Below, piece after piece: positions 48,580 to 58,000 of a stretch of 64,000 bases of DNA. The notes below the pieces were generated by a model. That model did no database searches, was not told where the DNA came from, and saw only the letters and a list, made by a program, of their open reading frames with translations. The position numbers were made by a program, and so were the translations under genes. The DNA is from an uncultured Candidatus Rokubacteria bacterium (GTDB lineage: Bacteria > Methylomirabilota > Methylomirabilia > Rokubacteriales > DASRDR01): positions 1,792,001 to 1,856,000 of the forward strand of contig CAWGVS010000005.1 of assembly GCA_963826115.1 (NCBI GenBank). Direction: 5' to 3'. The first letter of the stretch is position 1. Each line of letters begins with the position of its first letter.

Positions 48580-49683
48580 CTAGCCGGCCTTGTACTCGTT
48601 CCAGACCTGCGTCCACTTCTCGATGTTTGTGGGCGCGTCCAGCATGGTCATCTTGCCGATCGCGTCCCAGTTCTTCATGCCGACCGCGTTCACGAGCGCG
48701 CCCTGCCCCTTCTGCTCGAGCAGCTTGATCGCGAGCTCGCTGTTGACCGGGTACTTCGACTTCATGGCCAGCGCGGCCTGGCTCTCGGCCGAGCCGAACG
48801 AGTTGATCCACTGAATGGCCGCGTCGCGGTGCGCCGCGCCTTTCACCAGCATGTTCCCGTCGACCCAGCCGGTCGTGCCCTCCTTCGGGAACACGAAGCC
48901 GAAGTCGGCGCCGCCGGCGTCCTTGATCCGGTAGCACACGCCCGGGGACGGGCAGAAGCCCAGGTCGCCCTCACCGGAGGCCATGGCCTTCACGAAGTCC
49001 GACGACGAGGCAGTGAAGGTCTTGATGAGCGGGCGCTGCTCCATGAGCTTCTTCTTCACCTGCTGGAGCTGGTCGTCCGTCAGGTTGAACGGCTCCTTGA
49101 ACCCGAGGTAGATCGCGACGGCGGCGATGTACTCGGAGGGCCGGTCCATCTGGATGATGCGGCCCTTCCACTTCTTGTCCCACAGGACGTCCCACGTGTT
49201 GAACTCGGGCACCGTGCCCTTTCGGTAGACGATGGGCTCCGCCGACCACTGGTTGGGGAACTGCATCATCTTGCCGTCGGCCATCTTCCAGATCTTGAGG
49301 TTCTTGAGCGACGGCGCTAAGCTCTTCCCGCTCGACATCTTGTCGAAGTCGAGCCCCTCGATCAGCCCGGCCTTGTTGTACTGGACCGGCCAGAAGCCGT
49401 CCGACATGCTGATGTCGAACTGCTTGCCCCCGCCCTGCTTGACTTTGAGATAGCCCTCCGAATCGTCCTCGAAGTTGATCGGGTTGATCTGGATCTTGGT
49501 CTTACCCGTGAAGTCCTTCATGAGCTCGGGCAGCTGGTACACCGACCAGCTGAGCCAGTTCACGGGACCGCCCTGGGCGGCCGCGGGACGCACCCCGGCC
49601 GCCGCCATGACGCCTCCGGCGACCGCCGCCGTGCCCCGCAGGAAGTCGCGCCGCGAGACCTCTCTGTCCGACCGCTCGCTCAT
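48580..49683 (-). CDS. PotD/PotF-like ABC substrate-binding protein with Tat signal
   Basis: SRRDFLRG twin-arginine signal; WDVLWD and PKEG...WVD motifs; AAGGAGG RBS. Confidence 0.9.
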   Translation of the reverse strand: MSERSDREVSRRDFLRGTAAVAGGVMAAAGVRPAAAQGGPVNWLSWSVYQLPELMKDFTGKTKIQINPINFEDDSEGYLKVKQGGGKQFDISMSDGFWPVQYNKAGLIEGLDFDKMSSGKSLAPSLKNLKIWKMADGKMMQFPNQWSAEPIVYRKGTVPEFNTWDVLWDKKWKGRIIQMDRPSEYIAAVAIYLGFKEPFNLTDDQLQQVKKKLMEQRPLIKTFTASSSDFVKAMASGEGDLGFCPSPGVCYRIKDAGGADFGFVFPKEGTTGWVDGNMLVKGAAHRDAAIQWINSFGSAESQAALAMKSKYPVNSELAIKLLEQKGQGALVNAVGMKNWDAIGKMTMLDAPTNIEKWTQVWNEYKAG

Positions 49684-49765
49684 CTGAGCCTCCTTGTGCT
49701 GAGGGTGACTTCCGGATGCCCGCCACCACCGGCCCCGCGGGCCGGAGTGCCGCTGCCCGTCCCGC

Positions 49766-51499
49766 TCACACCCGGGCGGAACCGGCCGCGCGGCGCCTGA
49801 CCACCGTCTGGACCAGGAACATCCCGCCGAGCAGCACGAACGACGCCGCGACGATGAGCGTCGCCACGGCATTCACCGTCGGCGACACGATCGTGCGCAG
49901 CATGCCCCACACGTAGAGGGGCAGCGTCTGCGTCGTGCTGGTCAGCAGGAAGGTGATGATGAACTCGTCCAGCGACAGCGTGAACGCGAAGATGCCCGCC
50001 GCGGCCAGGCCCGGGACCATGAGGGGCAGCGTCACCGACCGGAAGGTCCGCAGCCGGTCGGCCCCCAGGTCCATGGCCGCCTCCTCGAGCGTGCGGTCGA
50101 ACCCGTACTGCTGCGCGGCGATCACGAAGAAGGCGTAGGGCAGCACGTACGTCGCGTGCCCGATCAGGATCGTCGCGAACGAGAGGTCCACGTCCAGCGC
50201 TTTGAACAGCAGCATGAGCCCGAAGCCCAGCATGATCGTCGGCACGATGAGCGGCACGATCAGGGCCTGGCGGATCAGGGCCCGGCCAGGGAACCGGTAG
50301 CGCACGATGGCGTACGCGCCCGGCGCCGCGATGAGGATCGCGAGCAGCGCCGACAGCACCGCGATCATGAAGCTGTTCCACACCGAGGTCATCAGCCACG
50401 GGTCGTCCAGCGCTTCCCGGTACCACTGGAGCGTGTAGCCGGGCGGCGGGAACACTCCGCCCGCGGCCGAGCTGAACGAGAAGAGCACGAGGAAGGCCAC
50501 CGGCAGAAAGAGGAACGCGTAGCTCAGGACGGCGTAACCACCCAGGAGGCCGGCCCGCCGGTGGGCCGGCCCACCGCGGCGGCTGGTCAGCTGGCCGACT
50601 CCGCCCGCGTACACACGCTCCAGGTCGACCGACCGCCCGAACAGTCCCACCGCCACCAGCGCCACCGCCAGCACGACGAACGACACGGCCGAGCCCAGCG
50701 CGAAGTCGAGGGAGGTCTTGAAGATCGTCACCTGCAGGTTACCGATCATCGTGGCGTTCGCCCCGCCGAGCAGCGCCGGGGTGACGAACAGGCCGAGCGC
50801 GGGCACGAACACGAAGATCACGGCGGCCTGGACACCCGCCAGGCTCAGGGGAAGCGTGACACGCCGGAAGGTCGTCCACGGCCCCGCCCCCAGGTCCATC
50901 GACGCCTCCTCGAGCGACGCGCCGAGCTTCTCGAGCGAGGTGTAGATGGCGAGGACGGCGAACGGGAGGTAGAGGTAGATCCCGGCAACCACCACGGCGG
51001 TCACCGTGTACAGGAGCTGGATCGGCTGGTCCAGCACCCCGGCGCCCCGGAGCACGGAGTTGATCACGCCGTTGCTGGCCAGGATGCTCATCCACGCGTA
51101 GGTCCGGACCAGGAAGCTCGTCCAGAACGGCACCATGACGAGCACGATCAGGAGCCCCTGCCACCGCTGCGTCCGGCGAGCCAGGAAGTACGCGAACGGG
51201 TAGGCCAGCGCGATGCAGCCGACCGTCACCAGGGCGGCGATCTCGAGGGTGCGCCCCATGACGCGCGCGTACACGGACTGAGTCAGCACCGCCCGGTAGT
51301 TGCCGAGGTTCCATACCGGCTCGAGGTCGAAGTCGTGGTAACGCCAGAAACTGAACACGGCCATCGTGCCCATCGGCACCAGGATGAACAGGATCACCCA
51401 TGCCATCAGCGGCAGGGCGGGCAGGACCGCGATCATCGGATGAGGGCCGGTTCGCCAGGTCACCCTCGCCCCGTCCCGACCGCCACGCGCGCCGCCCAT
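49766..51499 (-). CDS. Fused PotB-PotC-type ABC permease
   Basis: Two EAA loops (LEEASMDLGA and LEEAAMDLGA), PFWTSFLVRTYAW and SLDEF in one frame. Exact start uncertain. Confidence 0.88.
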   Translation of the reverse strand: MGGARGGRDGARVTWRTGPHPMIAVLPALPLMAWVILFILVPMGTMAVFSFWRYHDFDLEPVWNLGNYRAVLTQSVYARVMGRTLEIAALVTVGCIALAYPFAYFLARRTQRWQGLLIVLVMVPFWTSFLVRTYAWMSILASNGVINSVLRGAGVLDQPIQLLYTVTAVVVAGIYLYLPFAVLAIYTSLEKLGASLEEASMDLGAGPWTTFRRVTLPLSLAGVQAAVIFVFVPALGLFVTPALLGGANATMIGNLQVTIFKTSLDFALGSAVSFVVLAVALVAVGLFGRSVDLERVYAGGVGQLTSRRGGPAHRRAGLLGGYAVLSYAFLFLPVAFLVLFSFSSAAGGVFPPPGYTLQWYREALDDPWLMTSVWNSFMIAVLSALLAILIAAPGAYAIVRYRFPGRALIRQALIVPLIVPTIMLGFGLMLLFKALDVDLSFATILIGHATYVLPYAFFVIAAQQYGFDRTLEEAAMDLGADRLRTFRSVTLPLMVPGLAAAGIFAFTLSLDEFIITFLLTSTTQTLPLYVWGMLRTIVSPTVNAVATLIVAASFVLLGGMFLVQTVVRRRAAGSARV

Positions 51500-51506
51500 G
51501 CGTCCC

Positions 51507-52643
51507 CTACTCCACCCGCTCGCCGCGGGCCGCGTCGAAGACCAGGCAGTCCGCCTCGTCCCACTCCACGCCGATGGGCCGGCCGATGTGTCCCGCTCCG
51601 TTCCCGAGCTGGGCCGTCGGATCCTCGACCTGCAGCAGCCGGTCCGCGCCGAGCCGGACGACGAGGGTCGCCCGGCTGCCCAGGTAGACGACGTCCTCGA
51701 GTTGCCCCGCGAGCCCCCGTCCCGGCGGCGCTACGCGCACCTTCTCGGGCCGCACCGCCACCCATACCCGCTCGCCGTCCGGCAGCGGCCGCCCCAGCGT
51801 CTTGCCGAATCGCCAGCCTCCCTCGAGCTCGATGGTCACTGTCCGGGCCGCCGACTCGCGGATCTCGCCGGCCAGGAGGTTGCTGACGCCGACGAAGTTG
51901 GCGACGAACGTCGTCCTCGGCCGCTCGTAGACCTCGCGCGGAGAGGCGAGCTGCACGATGCGCCCCGAGTCCATGACCGCGATGAGGTCCGACATCGTGA
52001 GCGCTTCTTCCTGATCGTGCGTCACGTAGATGAACGTGATGCCGACCTCCCGGTGAACTCGCTTCAACTCGAGCTGCATCTCCTTCCGGAGCTTCAGGTC
52101 GAGAGCCCCGAGCGGCTCGTCCAGGAGCAGGATCGCCGGCTGGTTGACGAGGGCGCGCGCGAGCGCCACGCGCTGCTGCTGGCCGCCCGACAGCTCGTGG
52201 GGCCGGCGGCGGTCCAGGCCGCCGAGCCGCACCTGCTCGAGCGCCTGGCCGACGGTGCGCCGGACCTCGGCGGTCGGCAGCGCCTTCACGCGCAGGCCGA
52301 AGGCAACGTTCTCGAAGACGGATAGGTGCGGGAAGAGCGCGTAGTTCTGGAAGACGGTGTTGACGTTCCGGCGGTACGGGGGAACGCCATCGACCCGCTC
52401 GCCCCTGATCGACACGGACCCGGCGGTCTGGGCCTCGAAGCCGGCGACGATCCGGAGGGTCGTAGTTTTCCCGCATCCACTCGGACCGAGGAGCGTGACA
52501 AACTGCCCGCGCTCGATATCGAGGGACACGGCGTCGAGCGCGACGACTTCCCCGAACCGCTTGGTGACCTCGAGCAACCGGAGGTCTGGAAGGTCCCCCG
52601 CGCCGGAGGTTCCCGTGGTCTTCGAGTTCTCAGGTCGCGCCAA
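51507..52643 (-). CDS. PotA-like ABC ATP-binding protein
   Basis: GPSGCGKTT, FQNYALFPH, LSGGQQQRVA and THDQEEA motifs. Confidence 0.93.
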   Translation of the reverse strand: MARPENSKTTGTSGAGDLPDLRLLEVTKRFGEVVALDAVSLDIERGQFVTLLGPSGCGKTTTLRIVAGFEAQTAGSVSIRGERVDGVPPYRRNVNTVFQNYALFPHLSVFENVAFGLRVKALPTAEVRRTVGQALEQVRLGGLDRRRPHELSGGQQQRVALARALVNQPAILLLDEPLGALDLKLRKEMQLELKRVHREVGITFIYVTHDQEEALTMSDLIAVMDSGRIVQLASPREVYERPRTTFVANFVGVSNLLAGEIRESAARTVTIELEGGWRFGKTLGRPLPDGERVWVAVRPEKVRVAPPGRGLAGQLEDVVYLGSRATLVVRLGADRLLQVEDPTAQLGNGAGHIGRPIGVEWDEADCLVFDAARGERVE

Positions 52644-52735
52644 AGACTCCGTCGCGGCGGGACACCCGTGGGGACTCCTCGATGGGCTCCGGCCGCATGG
52701 CGACTATACCGCCCCGCGAGAGGGGCAACAAGGCG

Positions 52736-53371
52736 TCAGCCCTCGAGCTCGTCCGGCGCGAGGACCACGGCGCCCGGCCGAAGGACGGCCGGTGGCGTCC
52801 GCGTCATGTCGAGGAGCGTCGAGGCCGGCCCGCCCGGCGTCGGACCCCCGTCCAGGACGAGGTCGACGCGGCTCCCCAGACCGGCGACCACCTCGTCCGC
52901 CGTGCGCGGGCTCGGGCCGCCGTGGGGATTCGCGCTCGGCGCCGTCACCGGCTCGCCGAGGCCGGCTACCAGGGCGCGGGCCACCGGGTGGCCGGACAGG
53001 CGGACGCCGATCGTCCCCGTCCCTGCCGTGAGCGCCTCCGGCAGGTCAGGGTGCGCCCGCAGGACGAGGGTGAGCGCGCCGGGCCAATGGCGCGCCATGA
53101 GGCCGCGGGCGCGGGCGGGCACCTCCCGTGCCACGCGATCCACCATCGCGACGGAGTCGACCAGGACGAGGAGCGGCTTGTCGGCAGGCCGGCCCTTCGC
53201 CCCGAAGACCCGCGCGACCGCGGCGGGATCCAGCGCGCGCGCCCCGAGCCCGTAGAACGTCTCGGTCGGGAAGGCGACGAGCGCGCCGGCACGGAGGACG
53301 CGGACCGCAGCCTCGAGCACTGCCGGGGCCGGTCGGCTCGTGTCGACGACGAGCCGCGCCGGCGCGCTCAC
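52736..53371 (-). CDS. tsaC: L-threonylcarbamoyladenylate synthase (Sua5/YrdC)
   Basis: FPTETFYGL, KGRP..KPL, WPG.LT and TAPSAN motifs. Confidence 0.93.
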   Translation of the reverse strand: MSAPARLVVDTSRPAPAVLEAAVRVLRAGALVAFPTETFYGLGARALDPAAVARVFGAKGRPADKPLLVLVDSVAMVDRVAREVPARARGLMARHWPGALTLVLRAHPDLPEALTAGTGTIGVRLSGHPVARALVAGLGEPVTAPSANPHGGPSPRTADEVVAGLGSRVDLVLDGGPTPGGPASTLLDMTRTPPAVLRPGAVVLAPDELEG

Positions 53372-54696
53372 GAGGATCCGCCGGCCCGTCCCGACCGCCG
53401 ACCGGGCGGCTCGGCCAGGCGCCGGAGCGCGCGGTGGCCGATGTCGCGCCGGTAGTGCATGCCCTCGAACGTGATGTCGGCCGCCGCGGCGTAGGCCGCG
53501 TCCACCGCGGCCCGGATGTCACGACCGAGGGCCGTCACGCCGAGGACGCGGCCACCGGCGGTCGTCAGGGGGCCGTCGCGCCGCGCGGTGCCCGCGTGGA
53601 AGACGGTGACGCCCGGCCGGGCCTCCGCGCGCTCGATCCCCTCGATGGGGATTCCCGTCCGGTACTCGCCCGGATACCCACCGGAGGCGAGCACGACGCA
53701 CACGGCGGCGTCGGGACGCCACGCCACCGTCGACGGCAGCCCGCGCCCCGCTGCGACCGCCTCGCATAGCGGCAGGAGGTCCGCGTCGAGGCGAGGCATC
53801 AGGACCTGGCACTCCGGGTCGCCGAATCGCACGTTGTACTCGAGGAGCCGGGGGCCGTCCTCGGTCAGCATGAGGCCCGCGTAGAGCACGCCACGATACG
53901 GACGACCCTCCGCCGCCATGGCGCGGATCGTCGGCTCGAGCACGGTCCGCGTGACCTCGCTCGCCAGGTCGGCGTCGAGCACCGGCGCCGGCGAGTACGC
54001 GCCCATGCCGCCCGTGTTCGGTCCACGATCGCCGTCGAAGACGGTCTTGTGGTCCTGAGCCGACGCGAGCGGGCACACCACGTGCCCGTCGGTCAGCGCG
54101 AAGACCGAGACCTCCTCGCCCTCGAGGAACTCCTCGACCACCACGCGCGCGCCGGCGTCCCCGAAGACGCGGCGCTCGAGCATGTCGTGAATGGCCCGCG
54201 CGGCCTCCGCGGGATCGCGGCAGACGACGGCGCCCTTGCCGGCGGCCAGCCCGTCGGTCTTGACCACGGCCCGACCTCCGAGCTCCCCGACGAAGGCGCG
54301 GGCGGCGGCCGGGTCGTCGAAGGTCCCGAAGCGCGCGGTCGGAATCCCGTGACGGGCGAAAAGCCCCTTGGCGAAGGCCTTGGAAGCTTCGAGCGCGGCC
54401 GCGGCTCGCGACGGGCCGAACACCGCGTGCCCGCGCGCGTCGAGCGCGTCGGCGAGCCCGAGGGCCAGCGGACCCTCGGGGCCGACGACCGTCAGGTCGA
54501 TGCGCTCCCGGGTCGCGAGCTCGACGATCGCCCCCACGTCGTCCGCCCGCGCGGGCACGCACTCGGCCACCCGTGCGATGCCGGGATTGCCGGGCGCCGC
54601 GTAGAGCGCGCCGAGCCGCGGGCTCCGCGCGAGCTTCCAGGCGAGCGCGTGCTCGCGGCCCCCGCCCCCGACCAGGAGGACGCGGAGGCCGCTCAC
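53368..54696 (-). CDS. purD: Phosphoribosylamine--glycine ligase
   Basis: GGGGREHAL, APGNPG, DGLAAGKG, GPNTGGMG and YNVRFGDPE motifs. Confidence 0.97.
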   Translation of the reverse strand: MSGLRVLLVGGGGREHALAWKLARSPRLGALYAAPGNPGIARVAECVPARADDVGAIVELATRERIDLTVVGPEGPLALGLADALDARGHAVFGPSRAAAALEASKAFAKGLFARHGIPTARFGTFDDPAAARAFVGELGGRAVVKTDGLAAGKGAVVCRDPAEAARAIHDMLERRVFGDAGARVVVEEFLEGEEVSVFALTDGHVVCPLASAQDHKTVFDGDRGPNTGGMGAYSPAPVLDADLASEVTRTVLEPTIRAMAAEGRPYRGVLYAGLMLTEDGPRLLEYNVRFGDPECQVLMPRLDADLLPLCEAVAAGRGLPSTVAWRPDAAVCVVLASGGYPGEYRTGIPIEGIERAEARPGVTVFHAGTARRDGPLTTAGGRVLGVTALGRDIRAAVDAAYAAAADITFEGMHYRRDIGHRALRRLAEPPGRRSGRAGGSS

Positions 54697-55580
54697 GAGC
54701 CCTCGCCGTTGACCCACGCGCGGGCGATCTCGGCCCAGCGGCTGTCGGGGTCGAGCTCGAGGTACCGCGCCCAGTGTCGCCGCGCCGCCGCGCTGTCCCC
54801 CGCCCGCTCGAGCGCGGAGGCGAGGTTGAAGTGGGCGTCAGCGTAATCGGGGCGGATCTCCAGCGCGCGCCGATACCAGCGGGTCGCCTGCGGCGCGTCG
54901 CCAAGGTCGTCGTGCAGCGACCCGAGATTGTACGCGGCCTCCGCGAGCGTCGGATCCGCGACGAGCGCGACCTCGTAGTGCCGACGCGCGTCCTCGAAGC
55001 GTCCCATGCGGTGCTGGAGGAGCCCCAGGTTGTTCCAGGCGGCGCCGTGGTCGGGGGCCAGCGTGGTCACGCGCTGGTACGCGTCCACTGCCTGGGTCCA
55101 CTGGGCCGGATCCCCGTCGAGCTCCGAGGCGAGCTCGAACCAGCGATCGGCCTCGCCGCCCCCCGGGGGCAGGAGGGGCCGAACGAGGCCGCGCAGCGCG
55201 GAGGCTCGCGCGTCCTCGGCCAGCCCCTCCTCGGAGAACTCCATGACGATCTGGCCGGACGGCTCGACAAGCCGCGCGTCGCGCTCGATGAAGATCTCGC
55301 CGTCGCGGACCGTGACCCGCAGCTCGGCGAGCGGGGCCTCCGACGCCGTCCCCAGGCGCCGGAGCGAGTCGAGGGCTCGGCGGATCTGCCGGACGGTGAT
55401 GCCCTGGTCGAGAAGCGTGCGGGCCACCCGCAGCGCGACGAGATCCCGGAAGGCGTACTGGTCGGAGCGGCCGGCGGGATGGAGGAGACCGAGCCGCCGG
55501 AGCTGCTCGGTGCGGCGTGGGTTCAGGGCCAGGAGCCGGACCACGTCCCGCTCCGTGACGACCCAGCCGGGGGCGGTCAA
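54693..55580 (-). CDS. MerR-like HTH plus TPR-repeat protein
   Basis: YAFRDLVALR...L...G...RQIR followed by TPRs (AWNNLG, AAYNLG, AHFNLA). TTG start overlaps the purH stop. Confidence 0.8.
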   Translation of the reverse strand: MTAPGWVVTERDVVRLLALNPRRTEQLRRLGLLHPAGRSDQYAFRDLVALRVARTLLDQGITVRQIRRALDSLRRLGTASEAPLAELRVTVRDGEIFIERDARLVEPSGQIVMEFSEEGLAEDARASALRGLVRPLLPPGGGEADRWFELASELDGDPAQWTQAVDAYQRVTTLAPDHGAAWNNLGLLQHRMGRFEDARRHYEVALVADPTLAEAAYNLGSLHDDLGDAPQATRWYRRALEIRPDYADAHFNLASALERAGDSAAARRHWARYLELDPDSRWAEIARAWVNGEGS

Positions 55581-57172
55581 TGCTTGAAGTGCCGGATCCC
55601 GGTGGTGACCATGGCCATGCCGTGCTCGTTGGCCGCCGCCACGATCTCCTCGTCCCGGATCGAGCCCCCCGGATGGATGGCGGCGGTGGCGCCCGCCTCC
55701 GCAACGACGTCGAGCCCGTCCCGGAAGGGAAAGAACGCATCCGAGGCGGCCGCCGAGCCGGCCAGCTTGTGGCCATGCTCGCGCGCCCGCATCACGGCGA
55801 GCCGCGCCGAGTCGACCCGGCTCATCTGCCCCGCGCCGACCCCGAGCACCTGCTCCTCCGAGCTCAGCACGATCGCGTTGGACTTCACGTGCTTGGCCAC
55901 CCGCCAGGCGAACCGAAGCGCGCGCCATTCGGCCGGCGTCGGCTGGCGACGGCTCACGACGTGCACCGCGACCGGGTCGAGGCCGACCACGTCCGCCTCC
56001 TGGACCAGGAGCCCGCCGGGCACGCTGCGGAGCTCGAGCGGCGGGGCACCGCTCGGGGGTCGGCCCACGGATACCTCGAGCACCCGAAGCTTCTTCTTGG
56101 TGCGGCGGAGCTCCTCCAGCGCCGCCGGCTCGAAGGCCGGCGCGAAGAGGATCTCGAGCAGGATGCCGGCCAGGGCGTCCACGAGCGCCCGGTCCACGGG
56201 GCGGTTGACCCCCACGATGCCACCGTAGATCGAGACGGGGTCCGAAGCCTTCGCCCGCTTGAACGCCACGCCAATGTCGGCCCCCACCGCCGCGCCGCAC
56301 GGGTTCGTGTGCTTCACGACGACCGCGGCGGGCTCGGCGAACTCGACGAGAAGGCCGAGAGCCCCGGCGAGGTCGAGGAGATTGTTGTAGGAGAGCTCGG
56401 GCCCGTGGAGCTGGCGCAGCGCGCCGAGACCGCCGGCCCCGAGCGCCGGACCCAGCGGTCGGTAGAAGGCGGCACGCTGGTGTGGGTTCTCGCCATAGCG
56501 GAGGGAGGCGACCCGCTCGGCGTCCAGGTGCATCACCGGCGGGAATCGGAGCGCATCGGGGGCGGCCGCGCTCGCGGTGGGCGCGGGCGTCCGGAGCCAC
56601 GCGGCGATGGCGGCGTCGTACTGCGCCGTCCGGCGAAACGCCTCGAGCGCCAGGCGCCGCCGCGTCTCCGGCGAGACGGCCCCGCCGGACCGGCGGAGCT
56701 CCTCCAGCACCGGAGCGTACTGGGCCGGGTCGACCAGCACCACCACGCCGGCGTGATTCTTCGCGGCGGCGCGGATCATCGCGGGGCCGCCGACGTCGAT
56801 CTGCTCGAGCGCCTCCTCGAAGCCGATGCCGGCCTTCGCGACGGTCGCCTCGAACGGATAGAGGTTCACGGCCACCAGGTCGATCGCGCCGATCCCGTGA
56901 CGCTCGAGCGCCTCCCGGTGGGCCGGCGCGTCACGCCGCGCGAGGATCCCGCCATGGATCGCCGGGTGGAGCGTCTTGACCCGCCCGTCCAGCATCTCCG
57001 GGAACCCCGTCACCTCGCCGACCTCACGGACGGTCAGCCCCGCCGCGCGGAGCGCGCTGGCCGTGCCCCCGGTCGAAACGAGCTCGACGCCGAGCTCGGC
57101 CAGCCCACGGGCGAGCTCGGCCAGCCCGCTCTTGTCGGAGACGGAGAGGAGCGCCCGGCGGACCTCGGTCAT
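55577..57172 (-). CDS. purH: Bifunctional AICAR formyltransferase/IMP cyclohydrolase
   Basis: ALLSVSDK, GRVKTLHP, LRYGENPHQ, KHTNPCG and ASDAFFPF motifs. Confidence 0.97.
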   Translation of the reverse strand: MTEVRRALLSVSDKSGLAELARGLAELGVELVSTGGTASALRAAGLTVREVGEVTGFPEMLDGRVKTLHPAIHGGILARRDAPAHREALERHGIGAIDLVAVNLYPFEATVAKAGIGFEEALEQIDVGGPAMIRAAAKNHAGVVVLVDPAQYAPVLEELRRSGGAVSPETRRRLALEAFRRTAQYDAAIAAWLRTPAPTASAAAPDALRFPPVMHLDAERVASLRYGENPHQRAAFYRPLGPALGAGGLGALRQLHGPELSYNNLLDLAGALGLLVEFAEPAAVVVKHTNPCGAAVGADIGVAFKRAKASDPVSIYGGIVGVNRPVDRALVDALAGILLEILFAPAFEPAALEELRRTKKKLRVLEVSVGRPPSGAPPLELRSVPGGLLVQEADVVGLDPVAVHVVSRRQPTPAEWRALRFAWRVAKHVKSNAIVLSSEEQVLGVGAGQMSRVDSARLAVMRAREHGHKLAGSAAASDAFFPFRDGLDVVAEAGATAAIHPGGSIRDEEIVAAANEHGMAMVTTGIRHFKH

Positions 57173-57197
57173 CGCACGGCCTCGAGCTCCCGGCCGA

Positions 57198-57821
57198 TCA
57201 CGGGTGGGCTCGGATCGATACCCGGCGGCCGGCGATCTCGAGCCGGCCTTCCGTGTAGAGACGGATCGCTTCCGGATAAAGCCGGTGCTCCTCGTCGAGG
57301 ATGCGGGCCGAGAGCGTCGCCTCCGTGTCGTCGTCCAGCACCGGAACCGTCCCCTGGAGGACGATCGGACCCGTGTCCACGCCCTCGTCGACGAAATGGA
57401 CGGTCGCGCCCGCCAGCCTGACGCCGTGCTCGAGCGCCTGGCGCTGGGCGTGGAGGCCGGGAAACGCGGGAAGGAGAGCCGGATGGACGTTCAGGATGCG
57501 ATGCCGGTACCGCCGGACGAGCCCGCTCGAGAGCACGCGCATGTAACCCGCGAGACAGACCAGCTCGACTCCGTGGTCGTCCAGGACCCGCGCGACGGCG
57601 TCGTCGAAGGCTCCGCGGTCCGGGTACGCGTGGGGATCGAGATGGACGGCCCGCACCCCCGCCCGGCGCGCGCGCTCGAGCGCCGGCGCGTCCTTCCGGT
57701 CGCTCACGACGACCGCCACGCGCGCGGAACACCGCCCGGCATCGATCGCGTCGAGGATGGCCTGAAGATTCGACCCACGCCCCGAAGCAAGCACGCCGAG
57801 GACGAGGGGCACCGGTCGCAT
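57198..57821 (-). CDS. purN: Phosphoribosylglycinamide formyltransferase
   Basis: SGRGSNLQA, LAGYMR, NVHPALLP.FPG and DTGPI motifs. Confidence 0.97.
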   Translation of the reverse strand: MRPVPLVLGVLASGRGSNLQAILDAIDAGRCSARVAVVVSDRKDAPALERARRAGVRAVHLDPHAYPDRGAFDDAVARVLDDHGVELVCLAGYMRVLSSGLVRRYRHRILNVHPALLPAFPGLHAQRQALEHGVRLAGATVHFVDEGVDTGPIVLQGTVPVLDDDTEATLSARILDEEHRLYPEAIRLYTEGRLEIAGRRVSIRAHP

Positions 57822-58000
57822 CGGGGGTCATTCTACCGCCGATTGGGAGTATTCTTGGGGCCGCCCTGGGGTGCCCGTCCGGCAAGACCGACGCCGAGCC
57901 CCGGCGGCCGATGCTGTGCCTCGTGGCCCGGAGAAGCGGCGGACCCGTTGAGGATCGCGATGCCACGCCAGACCCTGCGCCACGCCGGTCCGCCCGACCC

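Noticed and set aside
57836-58000. ZMP/ZTP riboswitch upstream of purN-purH
   Set aside because: The consensus elements are not recognisable, and a -10 box 8 nt from the purN start leaves no leader.
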